A stretch of 64,000 nt of DNA from an uncultured Alphaproteobacteria bacterium (GTDB lineage: Bacteria; Pseudomonadota; Alphaproteobacteria; Rs-D84), in assembly GCA_947053455.1 (NCBI GenBank), contig CAMRSV010000002.1:11268-75267 (forward strand), written 5' to 3'. The translations under genes and the position numbers were made by a program. A model generated the notes under the pieces. It saw nothing but the letters and a program-made list of their open reading frames with translations, searched no databases and was not told where the DNA came from. Below, in pieces: positions 1-9,368 of the stretch. Numbering within the stretch: the first letter of the stretch is position 1; each line of letters begins with the position of its first letter.

Positions 1-860
1 TTCATGCGTGCAATCGAACGTGAATAGCCCGTCACAATAACGCGTCCCGGCGCATTTTTCATTAGTTCTGTAAAGGTATCACGAACCTCTATCTCGGTCG
101 TTTGTTTTGATTGGCGCGATGCGGATGTTGAATCACACATACAGGCCAATAATTTTGGGTCAGACCCTATTTCACGCAGACGCGCAAAGTCTGTCGGAAT
201 TTCAACCGGATTATCATCGTTGAATGTCCAGTCACCCGTATGCAAAATCTTGCCAGCGGGCGTCTTGATGATTAACATCTGCGCCTCTGGGATTGAGTGC
301 GTGACATGGAATGTTTCAACTTCAAACGGTGCCAAATCCAACGTGGCGCCATTATGGTCAAATTCAACAATGTCCTTTTTCGGATTAAAGTCCAATTCAA
401 TTCCACGGAATGTTTCGCGCAAAATCTTCGCCGGAAAACGCGTGCAATAAATCGGCTTTCTAAATTTCGGCCAAATATATTTTAGCGCCCCAATATGGTC
501 TTCGTGACCGTGTGTTATTACAAAACCAACAACATCCTTCTTGCGCTTTTCCAACCATGTCGTATCGCAGTATTGAACGTCACCGGCGCCGATTTCCTCT
601 TCTAAAAAGCCCATGCCGCAATCAACGACCAAATATTTGCCCTTGTATTTATAGACATACATGTTCTGGCCGACATGTTCCAATCCGCCCAGCGCCATAA
701 AATAAATCTTTTCATCGTTTTTATCACCCTCGTGGGCGGGCACATTGGCTATTTTTGTTGGCTTTTTCGGGGCTGTGCCATTTGCCTGTTTCTTTGGTGC
801 GTCCGGCCGTGGTGCCGCCACAGACGCAGGCGCATCTTTCTTTTCTCTAACTTTTACCAT
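1..860 (-). CDS. rnj: Ribonuclease J (N-terminal part; runs off the window start)
   Basis: Manual minus-strand translation from ATG 860 (SD AAAGGA): MVKVREKK...IYFMALGGLEHVGQNMYVY...VVDCGMGF...ITHGHEDHIGAL...HVTHSIPE...ILHTGDW; metallo-beta-lactamase/beta-CASP motifs typical of RNase J. Confidence 0.93.
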   Translation of the reverse strand, partial: MVKVREKKDAPASVAAPRPDAPKKQANGTAPKKPTKIANVPAHEGDKNDEKIYFMALGGLEHVGQNMYVYKYKGKYLVVDCGMGFLEEEIGAGDVQYCDTTWLEKRKKDVVGFVITHGHEDHIGALKYIWPKFRKPIYCTRFPAKILRETFRGIELDFNPKKDIVEFDHNGATLDLAPFEVETFHVTHSIPEAQMLIIKTPAGKILHTGDWTFNDDNPVEIPTDFARLREIGSDPKLLACMCDSTSASRQSKQTTEIEVRDTFTELMKNAPGRVIVTGYSRSIARM

Positions 861-1104
861 TTACATATCCTTTGCTTATGGTTCAACATTTGCGCAGCCG
901 CCAAATTCATTGCCAATAAAGAAAATTTCTTTATTCGTAGTGAATCCGCGGCCACGCGGCAACGCCCCACAGGGTAAATTTTATTTTTAATACACTTGGG
1001 GACTTTATTTTGACGCAACGCGGCGTCTAAATTTACACATCACATTTAATGATACTATTTTATCGGCTAAATGCAAGAAAAAACGCCCCAAACTGGGGCG
1101 AATA

Positions 1105-1446
1105 TCATGATTTCTTCCAAAATGCGAATCCGCGGCGCGGTTTTTCTTCGCGCGACTTGCGATCCTGGGTTTCGCGGCGGCGTTCCGCACGACGTTCGTG
1201 GAAACGACGGGCTGATTCCTCGTCACGCTGAATTAATTCCAATTCAACAACGGATAATTTATCGTTGCGTACCTCTTCTGTGAAAGAAACAATATCGTTT
1301 TCATTCAAAAATCTGATGCCGGCAGCCTTTAACGCACTGGAATGAACAAATACATCATCCGTATTACCATTTTCGTTCGGCGCATCTGGTGTAATAAACC
1401 CGAAGCATTTCTTGCCATTGTACCATTTTACTTTTCCTTGACGCAT
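1105..1446 (-). CDS. Cold-shock domain protein with charged C-terminal extension
   Basis: GKVKWYNGKKCFGFITPD...DVFVHSS (RNP1/RNP2 of the CSD), followed by an R/E-rich tail. Confidence 0.9.
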   Translation of the reverse strand: MRQGKVKWYNGKKCFGFITPDAPNENGNTDDVFVHSSALKAAGIRFLNENDIVSFTEEVRNDKLSVVELELIQRDEESARRFHERRAERRRETQDRKSREEKPRRGFAFWKKS

Positions 1447-1620
1447 AATCGTGTCCTTATGTTATGCTGGTTATGGTTCCGTGAAACATCCCGAAACCTG
1501 ATTTAATTGTGACGAAATCGTCTCTCAAAAGCAAGCAAATAAGCGTGGCCGGCAATAGTTTGATTTCCTAGGAAAATCGCGGTTGCAAACAAAAAAATAC
1601 GCCGCATGGCGTATTTTTTA

Positions 1621-3024
1621 TCACTTTTTATAATAGCGCTGAATTTCCTTCATTACAAAGTTAAACAACTTTCCCGCCATGTTATCGGCCGGAACCTGCC
1701 AGTCATTTTCGTTATAAGGCATCGCCGCCACCAGTATAAATTCGGTCATAAATCTAAATATCTCATACTTCTGGGCGGGCGTCAGTTTTGATGGCGCGTT
1801 TGTTATATCAAATATTTCGTTTTTTATCGCATCATCAAGCTTGGCCATTATGCGTTCGACAACATTTGTTGGATAATGCATGGCGCATTTTTTCGGAAAT
1901 CCGTCAAACATGCTGGTATTGCCGCCCTGGCTGTAGAGAATATTCCAGCCAACGCGTTCAAACAATTCCCCCAAACACCGGCAAACCATCAAGTTATATT
2001 CTTTCGTTCCAATATTGTGTATCGCCGCGACATCAATATCACCCGGCGCTTCATTTTTGCCACGAACCGTTTCATATTTGGCATGCGTTTGCTTTTCAAA
2101 TTCGAAAAACGTACGCACTTGGCATATGATTTCCATGGGGACAACCATATCTGCGGTGCCAATATTTATAACCAGTTTCGCATCACGATAATTACGCGGA
2201 TTATCAATATTATAAAAATCATCGCGCACGGACAAAATACGTTCCGGCATCATTTCACGCACCCGTTCGATAAAGGTGCGCGCTTGGGGCACCAAATCAA
2301 ACAGGCATTTCACGCGCCACACATCCTGCAGGCGCATACGCGGCCGCTTTACCTTATCCAGGGCACGAACCAATTCAACTGCGATATTTTCATGTCCACG
2401 TCCAATAAGCGACAAAACCGTTTCAGACGGGGTTGATGTATATTTTTCATTCAGTTTTTTACGTATTTTGTTCGAAATCGCCTGGGCGGATGCCTCGCGG
2501 TCATGCGATGCGATTACACGATATACGGTATCGCAAACCTCGTCCACGTATTTCGAATAATATTTTCCTGTAATTTTATCCAGTGCCCTGTCCACTTTTT
2601 TCTGGGCACCGACAATTACCGTGACAATAGATGACACAGCCAGGTTAATTTTATGACCGCGCCCGCTGGTAAAAAACTGATTACGCATCGGGTCCATATC
2701 CAAACGATGATTAACAATATATGGAAACAACGGATTAATATCGACAATCGTCATTGCGTCACCAACCGCAGAATCGGTTGCATAATCATATTGACGCACC
2801 GACGATTTGGGCGCACCAAAGCACTTTCCCAGAAAGAAAAACACTTCACGCAGCCATTCCATACCATCGCGATAAAGTATCGACATGTACTTTGCGGCAT
2901 CGTCATTAATACGGCCGGATGCACGCGCAGCCTCTATTGCGGCTAAATTTTTTTGGTCATTTTCGCGTGTTATATCAAATGCATAGTTTTCCGGCCACGG
3001 TCGTGGCATATATGTTTTGTTCAT
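1621..3024 (-). CDS. Hypothetical protein with a divergent RelA/SpoT-like nucleotidyltransferase region
   Basis: 467-aa ORF; motifs KKVDRALDK, LQDVWR, DDFY..NYRD, MEII, HAKYETVR are in RelA_SpoT order; family call is inference. Confidence 0.55.
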   Translation of the reverse strand: MNKTYMPRPWPENYAFDITRENDQKNLAAIEAARASGRINDDAAKYMSILYRDGMEWLREVFFFLGKCFGAPKSSVRQYDYATDSAVGDAMTIVDINPLFPYIVNHRLDMDPMRNQFFTSGRGHKINLAVSSIVTVIVGAQKKVDRALDKITGKYYSKYVDEVCDTVYRVIASHDREASAQAISNKIRKKLNEKYTSTPSETVLSLIGRGHENIAVELVRALDKVKRPRMRLQDVWRVKCLFDLVPQARTFIERVREMMPERILSVRDDFYNIDNPRNYRDAKLVINIGTADMVVPMEIICQVRTFFEFEKQTHAKYETVRGKNEAPGDIDVAAIHNIGTKEYNLMVCRCLGELFERVGWNILYSQGGNTSMFDGFPKKCAMHYPTNVVERIMAKLDDAIKNEIFDITNAPSKLTPAQKYEIFRFMTEFILVAAMPYNENDWQVPADNMAGKLFNFVMKEIQRYYKK

Positions 3025-3037
3025 GTCAAATCATCCG

Positions 3038-4504
3038 TTATTTCATTATTGGGAATAATATAACGTCACGCAACGTCGGCGCATCCGCGATGATGGAAAA
3101 GAATCTGTCAATCCCCAGCCCCAGACCTGAAATCGGCGGCATACCGTGTTCCATCGCCCGCAGAAAATCTTCGTCGACATCAAACGCTTCGTCGTCGCCG
3201 GCGGCTTTATTTTTCGCCTGCTCTTCAAATGCGGCACGTTGTACAATCGGGTCGACCAATTCTGAATATGCCTTTATCAATTCCGCCCCGCATACAATCA
3301 GCTGGAATATATCAATACGGCGGCTATCATTGTTATTACGCCGCGCCAACGGTATCAAATACGCCGGATAATTATGCACAATCGCGGGTTGTATGATTTG
3401 GTCGCGTATTTTGCGCTTGAACACATAATCGACAATCGCGGGGACAGACTTTAACGGTTCTAGTTCATCGGCGCCGAACATACCCGCCGAAACCAATTGC
3501 GCCTTTAATGCATCGGTATCCTTGAATTCTAGAATATCAACCCCCAGCAAATCATTCATGCGCGCGGTGTAATCGATTTCTTCGTACTTTGAAAAATCAA
3601 GTTTCTGACCTTGATACTCAATCTGCAGAGTGCCACGCAAATCCATGATAATTTTTTGAATCATGCGCCATGAAAAATCAATATTCATGTGATAATCCCA
3701 ATATGCCGCATACCATTCCAGCATGGTAAATTCCTGCAGGTGCATGGCATCCATGCCTTCGTTGCGGAAATTCTTGCCCAGTTCATACACGCGGTCAAAG
3801 CCGGCGGCAATTGTCTGCTTTAAGAACAATTCCGGTGCAATTCGCAGATAAAAATCCGCATCCAACGCATTGTGATGGGTCACAAACGGGCGCGCGGCGG
3901 CACCACTGGCAACAACCTGCATGATGGGGGTTTCCACCTCTACAAAACCGTTATCGTTTAGATATTCACGTATCAGGCGCAGCATGCGGAAACGCATTTT
4001 CATTGTGCGGCGTGTGTCTTCGTTTGATATTATATCCAAATAACGCTGGCGATATCTGGTTTCCATATCGGTCAGGCCATGAAACTTTTCCGGCAACGGA
4101 CGCAGTGCTTTTGATAAAATGTCATACTTTGCGACCTTTACCGTTAGTTCGCCCGCCGTCGTGTGGTATATTTCACCATCAATTCCGATAAAGTCACCCA
4201 AATCGACATTGGATTTCATAAACTTATACTGTTCCTCGCCCAGTTCTTCGCGTGACATAGAAAACTGAATTTCGCCATCAATATCATATATGCGACCAAA
4301 CATCAGTTTACCCAACCACCGCAATGCGGTCACACGACCCGCAATTTTGACATGCGCACCATCGGCCAATTCGCGTGCAGCCACAATCGTATGCGTGCGG
4401 TCAAATTTATCCTTCCATACGACACCGTCACGGGCGCGGATATTTTCCGCCTTTTGCAGGCGGGCTTCCAATTCATTGCTAGACAAGGTTGTGTTTTCAG
4501 ACAT
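3038..4504 (-). CDS. lysS: Lysine--tRNA ligase (class II)
   Basis: RYRQRYLD, EVETP, YLRIAPEL, FRNEG, GMPPISGLGLGIDR, RDVILFP motifs. Confidence 0.97.
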   Translation of the reverse strand: MSENTTLSSNELEARLQKAENIRARDGVVWKDKFDRTHTIVAARELADGAHVKIAGRVTALRWLGKLMFGRIYDIDGEIQFSMSREELGEEQYKFMKSNVDLGDFIGIDGEIYHTTAGELTVKVAKYDILSKALRPLPEKFHGLTDMETRYRQRYLDIISNEDTRRTMKMRFRMLRLIREYLNDNGFVEVETPIMQVVASGAAARPFVTHHNALDADFYLRIAPELFLKQTIAAGFDRVYELGKNFRNEGMDAMHLQEFTMLEWYAAYWDYHMNIDFSWRMIQKIIMDLRGTLQIEYQGQKLDFSKYEEIDYTARMNDLLGVDILEFKDTDALKAQLVSAGMFGADELEPLKSVPAIVDYVFKRKIRDQIIQPAIVHNYPAYLIPLARRNNNDSRRIDIFQLIVCGAELIKAYSELVDPIVQRAAFEEQAKNKAAGDDEAFDVDEDFLRAMEHGMPPISGLGLGIDRFFSIIADAPTLRDVILFPIMK

Positions 4505-4526
4505 TTTCTTTCCCCTGGTTTAATCT

Positions 4527-4610
4527 AAAAAACGGACGCATAAAAAGTGCGTCCGTCATGAATTCTGATGGTCGCACATGCGTTTATAAAAATTTTTTCA
4601 AATTTAACAT
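4527..4610 (-). promoter_or_regulatory. Leader-peptide attenuator of lysS (uORF MLNLKKFL*, antiterminator, terminator)
   Basis: uORF 4610-4584 with AAA AAA codons; terminator ACGGACGCA-ctttt-aTGCGTCCGT-TTTTT at 4556-4527; overlapping antiterminator GTGCGACCATCA/TGACGGACGCAC. Confidence 0.7.
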
Positions 4611-4756
4611 AAGCCTGTGTATTTACCTTTTAAGTCGGCTAATATTATGACGAAAAAATATAAAAAGTAAAGGATTATTTATCGGACTATAATACTAATG
4701 ATTATTCCACAGGAATTATTAAAATGCCCTTTGTCTTTTATAAGGAGTCAGAGCCC

Positions 4757-5506
4757 ATGACAAATCGGCATAAGAAAATAATATATATATGCGCCGCGGT
4801 CGCAGTTTTGGCGATAATAATATTTATCATAACACGTTATATTATATCGCAACGCCCGTTTGTATATGCGGGCACACTTGAAACAACCAAGGTAATTGTT
4901 TCCGCACGTGTTGCCAGCGATATTTCACACATCACCGTATCCGAAGGTGACACTGTATCCACCGGCGACGTTATAGTGGAACTATCATGCGATACATACA
5001 AAATTTTGGCGCGCCAAATTGACAACGACTATAACCGGGCGACAGCTCTGTTGGACAAAGGTCATCTGTCCCAGGCAGAATATGATATACTTGCCCGCAA
5101 CAAACAGGACAATGACCTAAAACTGACCTGGTGCCAGGTTGCCGCCCCAATAGACGGAATGGTTACAAATAAATTCCGCGAAGTTGGTGAAATCGTCGCA
5201 CCGGGCGCGGCCATGTTTTCAATTTCAAATCCGTATGATATATGGGCATATTTTTATGTGCCGTATGAAATGCTGCACAAACTTCGCGTCGGACAAATTG
5301 TTACCGGCACCCTGCCAGAGGCGCCCGACATGTCTTTCCCCGGACGTATTATAAAAATCAGCGAAGAAGCCGAATTTACCCCGAAAAATGTTCAAACACG
5401 CGAAGAAAGAACCCGCCTGGTCTATGGGATAAAAGTGCAATTTAAAAACCCGGATTTAATATTGAAATCCGGCATGACAATAGAGAGCACACTGCTTGAT
5501 GAATAG
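4757..5506 (+). CDS. HlyD-family membrane fusion protein (YbhG-like)
   Basis: N-terminal TM, APIDG, AEFTPKNVQTREER motif; SD AAGGAG before ATG 4757. Confidence 0.9.
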   Translation: MTNRHKKIIYICAAVAVLAIIIFIITRYIISQRPFVYAGTLETTKVIVSARVASDISHITVSEGDTVSTGDVIVELSCDTYKILARQIDNDYNRATALLDKGHLSQAEYDILARNKQDNDLKLTWCQVAAPIDGMVTNKFREVGEIVAPGAAMFSISNPYDIWAYFYVPYEMLHKLRVGQIVTGTLPEAPDMSFPGRIIKISEEAEFTPKNVQTREERTRLVYGIKVQFKNPDLILKSGMTIESTLLDE

Positions 5507-6233
5507 CAAAATTGAAATAAACATATCCGACGTGTCAAAGGCGTTTCGTCTGACGCCTGCATTACGCAATGCGTCAATGCGCTTTCATGATGCGACCATT
5601 TACGGCCTGATTGGGCCGGCAGGTGCGGGAAAAACGACACTGTTTCGATTGATGCTGAATCTGATGAAATGCGACACGGGCAAAATCACATACCGCGCCG
5701 AAAACCGCGACACAACATTTGAACAAATACGTGAACGCATCGCATACATGCCGCAAAGCCAGAGTTTGTACGCCGACCTATCTGTTGATGAACATTTGGA
5801 TTTCTTTAGGCAACTTTATGGAATAAACGACCGCGAGTACAAGAAAAAGAAAAATGAATTGTTACATCTGGCGCGGCTGGATAAATTTTTGACGCGGCCG
5901 GCTGGGAAACTTTCGGGCGGAATGTATAAAAAACTGGGGCTGATATGCGCACTGCTGCGGTCACCAGAAATAATGATACTTGACGAGCCCACCAATGGCG
6001 TCGACCCGATAAGTCGCCGCGAATTCTGGGAATTGCTGCACGATGCACAGACGCGCGGAATCATGATTATTTTAAGCACAGCATACATGGACGAAGCCGA
6101 ACGATGCGATGAAGTCATTTTAATGGAACAAGGCCGCATTCTGGATACTGGCGAGCCGAAATCTTTGCTGATAAAAAACGGGGCGAAAAATTTTGACGAT
6201 GTATTTTTAATGCGCGGAGGTGAAAAAAAATGA
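5499..6233 (+). CDS. ABC transporter ATP-binding protein
   Basis: GPAGAGKTT, LSGGM, ILDEPTNGVDP. Confidence 0.93.
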   Translation: MNSKIEINISDVSKAFRLTPALRNASMRFHDATIYGLIGPAGAGKTTLFRLMLNLMKCDTGKITYRAENRDTTFEQIRERIAYMPQSQSLYADLSVDEHLDFFRQLYGINDREYKKKKNELLHLARLDKFLTRPAGKLSGGMYKKLGLICALLRSPEIMILDEPTNGVDPISRREFWELLHDAQTRGIMIILSTAYMDEAERCDEVILMEQGRILDTGEPKSLLIKNGAKNFDDVFLMRGGEKK

Positions 6234-7141
6234 AAGACGCAATTGTCGACGTGAAAAATCTGTTTGTGCGCTTTGGTGATTTTGTTGCGGTACGCGATGT
6301 ATCATTTACTGTTTCACGCGGAACAATTTTTGGTTTCCTGGGGGCGAATGGTGCGGGAAAAACAACAACGATACGCGTGCTGTGTGGCCTACTGCCGGCA
6401 TCGGATGGACGCGTAATAATTGATGGAATTGAATTTACGCCCAAACACGCAAATGACATAAAATCGCGCGTCGGATATATGTCCCAGCGATTTACGCTAT
6501 ATGATGACCTATCCGTTGCGGAAAATTTTGACTTTGCGGCCGCATTGCGCGACATACCACATGACACATACATGGCGCAACGCGAAAAACTGCTGAACTT
6601 TATCAAATTCAACCATTCGCCAAAACAAATCGTCAAAAGTTTGCCCGGTGGCATAAAACAGGAAGTTGCACTTTGTGTTGCATTGTTACACGACCCGGAA
6701 ATAATATTTTTAGATGAACCAACGGCCGGTGTTGCACCGGCGGCCCGCAAGAGATTCTGGGAATTGATACGCGAACTGGCCGCGCATGGAAAAACGGTAT
6801 TCGTCACAACCCACTACATGGACGAAGCGGAAAACTGCGACCGTATCGCATTGATGCGCGCCGGCGAAATAATCGCATCGGAATCGCCAAAAAATCTGAA
6901 ACACCAGACATTCGGCGACACCCTTTACAACTTTACGCCACGCGTAAAAAATCCGATTATGCCGCCAAGTGAAATACTGGACATAATGGAACCATACGGC
7001 CGTCATTATCACATCAGATTTCGTGACGGGATCAACGCAAGCGCACAAATAAAAAAATTCCGTACGGATTTCGAAATAAAAAAAATATCGCCATCGCTGG
7101 AAGATGTGTTCATCCGCCTGGTCGAGGGACAAAACCGATGA
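6230..7141 (+). CDS. ABC transporter ATP-binding protein
   Basis: GANGAGKTT, LPGG, FLDEPTAGV, TTHYMDEAE. Confidence 0.93.
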   Translation: MKDAIVDVKNLFVRFGDFVAVRDVSFTVSRGTIFGFLGANGAGKTTTIRVLCGLLPASDGRVIIDGIEFTPKHANDIKSRVGYMSQRFTLYDDLSVAENFDFAAALRDIPHDTYMAQREKLLNFIKFNHSPKQIVKSLPGGIKQEVALCVALLHDPEIIFLDEPTAGVAPAARKRFWELIRELAAHGKTVFVTTHYMDEAENCDRIALMRAGEIIASESPKNLKHQTFGDTLYNFTPRVKNPIMPPSEILDIMEPYGRHYHIRFRDGINASAQIKKFRTDFEIKKISPSLEDVFIRLVEGQNR

Positions 7142-8262
7142 AGAAATTTTCCGCGGCGCGTGCGCGCGCAATCTTTGCCAAAGAATTTAAGCACATTTTG
7201 CGCGATCCGTTCACATTGATAATGGCGGCTGCGCTGCCGCTGCTGATTGTGTTAATTCTAGGCAATTCAATCGAGTTTAACATACGGTCAATCAAAATGG
7301 GATATTTTGATGCCGACCAAACAACAAGTTCGCGACAACTTGTGGACGCATTCGGCAGTTCAAATTATTTCAAGCCATATAAAATCCCAACCCCGGACTA
7401 CGGCTTTGATGACATATTGGCGGAACGGGCACGCGCGGTATTGGTTGTACCACCCAATTTTGAACGCGAAATGGCATCCGGCCGCACAGCCCACGCCCAG
7501 GTTATATTGGACGGCGCGGACAACTCGTCAATCATGGCGATTATGAATTATATGGCCGCAATAAATAAAAATGCACAGCAAAAAATTAGTGGTATGCCGT
7601 CCTATATGACGCGCAATCCCCTGTCATTTAAGACACGATATTTGTTCAATCCGGAATTAAATTCGCGCTGGTTTTCCGTGCCGGGACTGGCCGCCGTAAT
7701 AATAGCATTGGTTGCGGTAATGCTGACCACACTAACAATATGCCGGGAATGGGAACGTGGGTCTATGGAAATGCTGCTATCCACACCGGCAACAACATTA
7801 GAAATCATACTGGGCAAGGTAACACCATATGCCATTTTGAGCTTTATCGGATTTATACTGGTATTTGTTGTTGCACGTATCTTATTCGGGGTTCCATTCG
7901 TCGGCAGTTATATAATACTGATTCTGGCAACAACGCTGTTTATAATCGGATACTTGTCAATGGGTCTGCTGATTTCCGTTTCAACACATAAGCAGGATGT
8001 CGCCATTCAATTTGCATGTATTGTCGGACTGTTGCCGGCATTGGTATTGTCGGGCTTTATATTTCCGGTTGAATACATGGGTCGCGGCTACCGCATTTTA
8101 TCGGCAATATTTCCCGCCCGATTTTATATCGATATATCACGCGACCAATTCCTAAAAGGCAGCCATATCGGCGCCCTGTGGCCGTCGTTTGCCGCAATGG
8201 CGATAATCGCCGTTGTGATTTTAATTGCATGTATAATTCGATTCAAAAGGAGTCTGGAATAA
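7138..8262 (+). CDS. ABC-2 type permease (YbhS-like)
   Basis: KEFKHILRD, FNPEL, REWERGSME, multiple TM segments. Confidence 0.9.
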   Translation: MKKFSAARARAIFAKEFKHILRDPFTLIMAAALPLLIVLILGNSIEFNIRSIKMGYFDADQTTSSRQLVDAFGSSNYFKPYKIPTPDYGFDDILAERARAVLVVPPNFEREMASGRTAHAQVILDGADNSSIMAIMNYMAAINKNAQQKISGMPSYMTRNPLSFKTRYLFNPELNSRWFSVPGLAAVIIALVAVMLTTLTICREWERGSMEMLLSTPATTLEIILGKVTPYAILSFIGFILVFVVARILFGVPFVGSYIILILATTLFIIGYLSMGLLISVSTHKQDVAIQFACIVGLLPALVLSGFIFPVEYMGRGYRILSAIFPARFYIDISRDQFLKGSHIGALWPSFAAMAIIAVVILIACIIRFKRSLE

Positions 8263-9353
8263 TGCGACGCCTGCTGGGGTTTTTCAAAAAAGAAATTATT
8301 GCACTAGTGCGTGACCCGGTGTTGCTGATTGCGGTAATGATAATGCCCGCGGTACAATTGGTGGTATACAGCGGCGCCATCACGCTTGAGGCAAACAACC
8401 TGCGCCTGGCGGTGGATAGTGCACCAAATGATTTCATAATGGAAAAGATTTACAATCACGCGATTGGCTCTGGCTGGTTTGTGCGCGCACATGACACATC
8501 AGATGACTGTATTTCCAGCGTACAAAGCGGCCACGCAGACGTTGCAATCGTTGCACCAAGTGATGGATTAACACGCGGCGCAATGCGCGGCGACGGCGAA
8601 ATCCAAATTCTGATTGATTCAATGAATATTCTAAAAGCACAGAGTATCGAAGCCTATCTGCAAGGTGTGGTTTTATCCACAATGCGCGAATTAAATATGG
8701 CACCAAATGCCACTCCATTAGAGTTTGATTTGCGCATTTTATTCAACCCACAATTGAATACACGATGGTTTATGGTGCCGTCAATGATTGCAATTTTGGT
8801 ATTTTTATCACTACTAATACTGATAACTATATCAATAACCAAGGAAAAGGAAAGCGGCACAATTGAAACCCTTGTGGCGGCGCCGGTATCAAAATACGAT
8901 ATTATTTTAGGTAAAGTTCTGCCGTATATTGCGGTTACTTTTTTAATAATGCTGTCAATTCTGTTGGTGGGATTGATTGTATTTAAGATACCATTTATCG
9001 GATCAGGATTTGCGTTTGTAATCGGTTATTTTATGTTTTGCGTGCCGGCATCTGGAATTTCCGTATGGCTATCAGATTATACCCGCACCCAGCAGCAGGC
9101 GCTTTTGGGTGTTGTGATTGTGGCGTTCTTGATGCTGATGCTGTCCGGGGCTATGATTCCTACGGAAAACATGCCGCGCCTGTTGCAATATATCAGTTAC
9201 ATAAACCCGTTAAGTCATTATGCATATATGGTTCGGAATATTATTTTAAAAGGTTCCGACATCGCGTATTTTTGCAAACAATGTGCATACATGCTGGCCG
9301 CGGGCACGCTAATATGGTTTTTCGCATTGCGGAAATTCAAAACAACCTTGTAA
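8262..9353 (+). CDS. ABC-2 type permease (YbhR-like)
   Basis: KEIIALVRD, FNPQL, KEKESGTIE; start overlaps the upstream stop (TAATG). Confidence 0.9.
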   Translation: MRRLLGFFKKEIIALVRDPVLLIAVMIMPAVQLVVYSGAITLEANNLRLAVDSAPNDFIMEKIYNHAIGSGWFVRAHDTSDDCISSVQSGHADVAIVAPSDGLTRGAMRGDGEIQILIDSMNILKAQSIEAYLQGVVLSTMRELNMAPNATPLEFDLRILFNPQLNTRWFMVPSMIAILVFLSLLILITISITKEKESGTIETLVAAPVSKYDIILGKVLPYIAVTFLIMLSILLVGLIVFKIPFIGSGFAFVIGYFMFCVPASGISVWLSDYTRTQQQALLGVVIVAFLMLMLSGAMIPTENMPRLLQYISYINPLSHYAYMVRNIILKGSDIAYFCKQCAYMLAAGTLIWFFALRKFKTTL

Positions 9354-9368
9354 TACGGTAACGAACTT

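Noticed and set aside
5499-7141. Two adjacent ABC ATPases as a frameshifted ybhF
   Set aside because: Each has its own start, with an SD and ATGA coupling, and full motifs; two-gene versions are ordinary.
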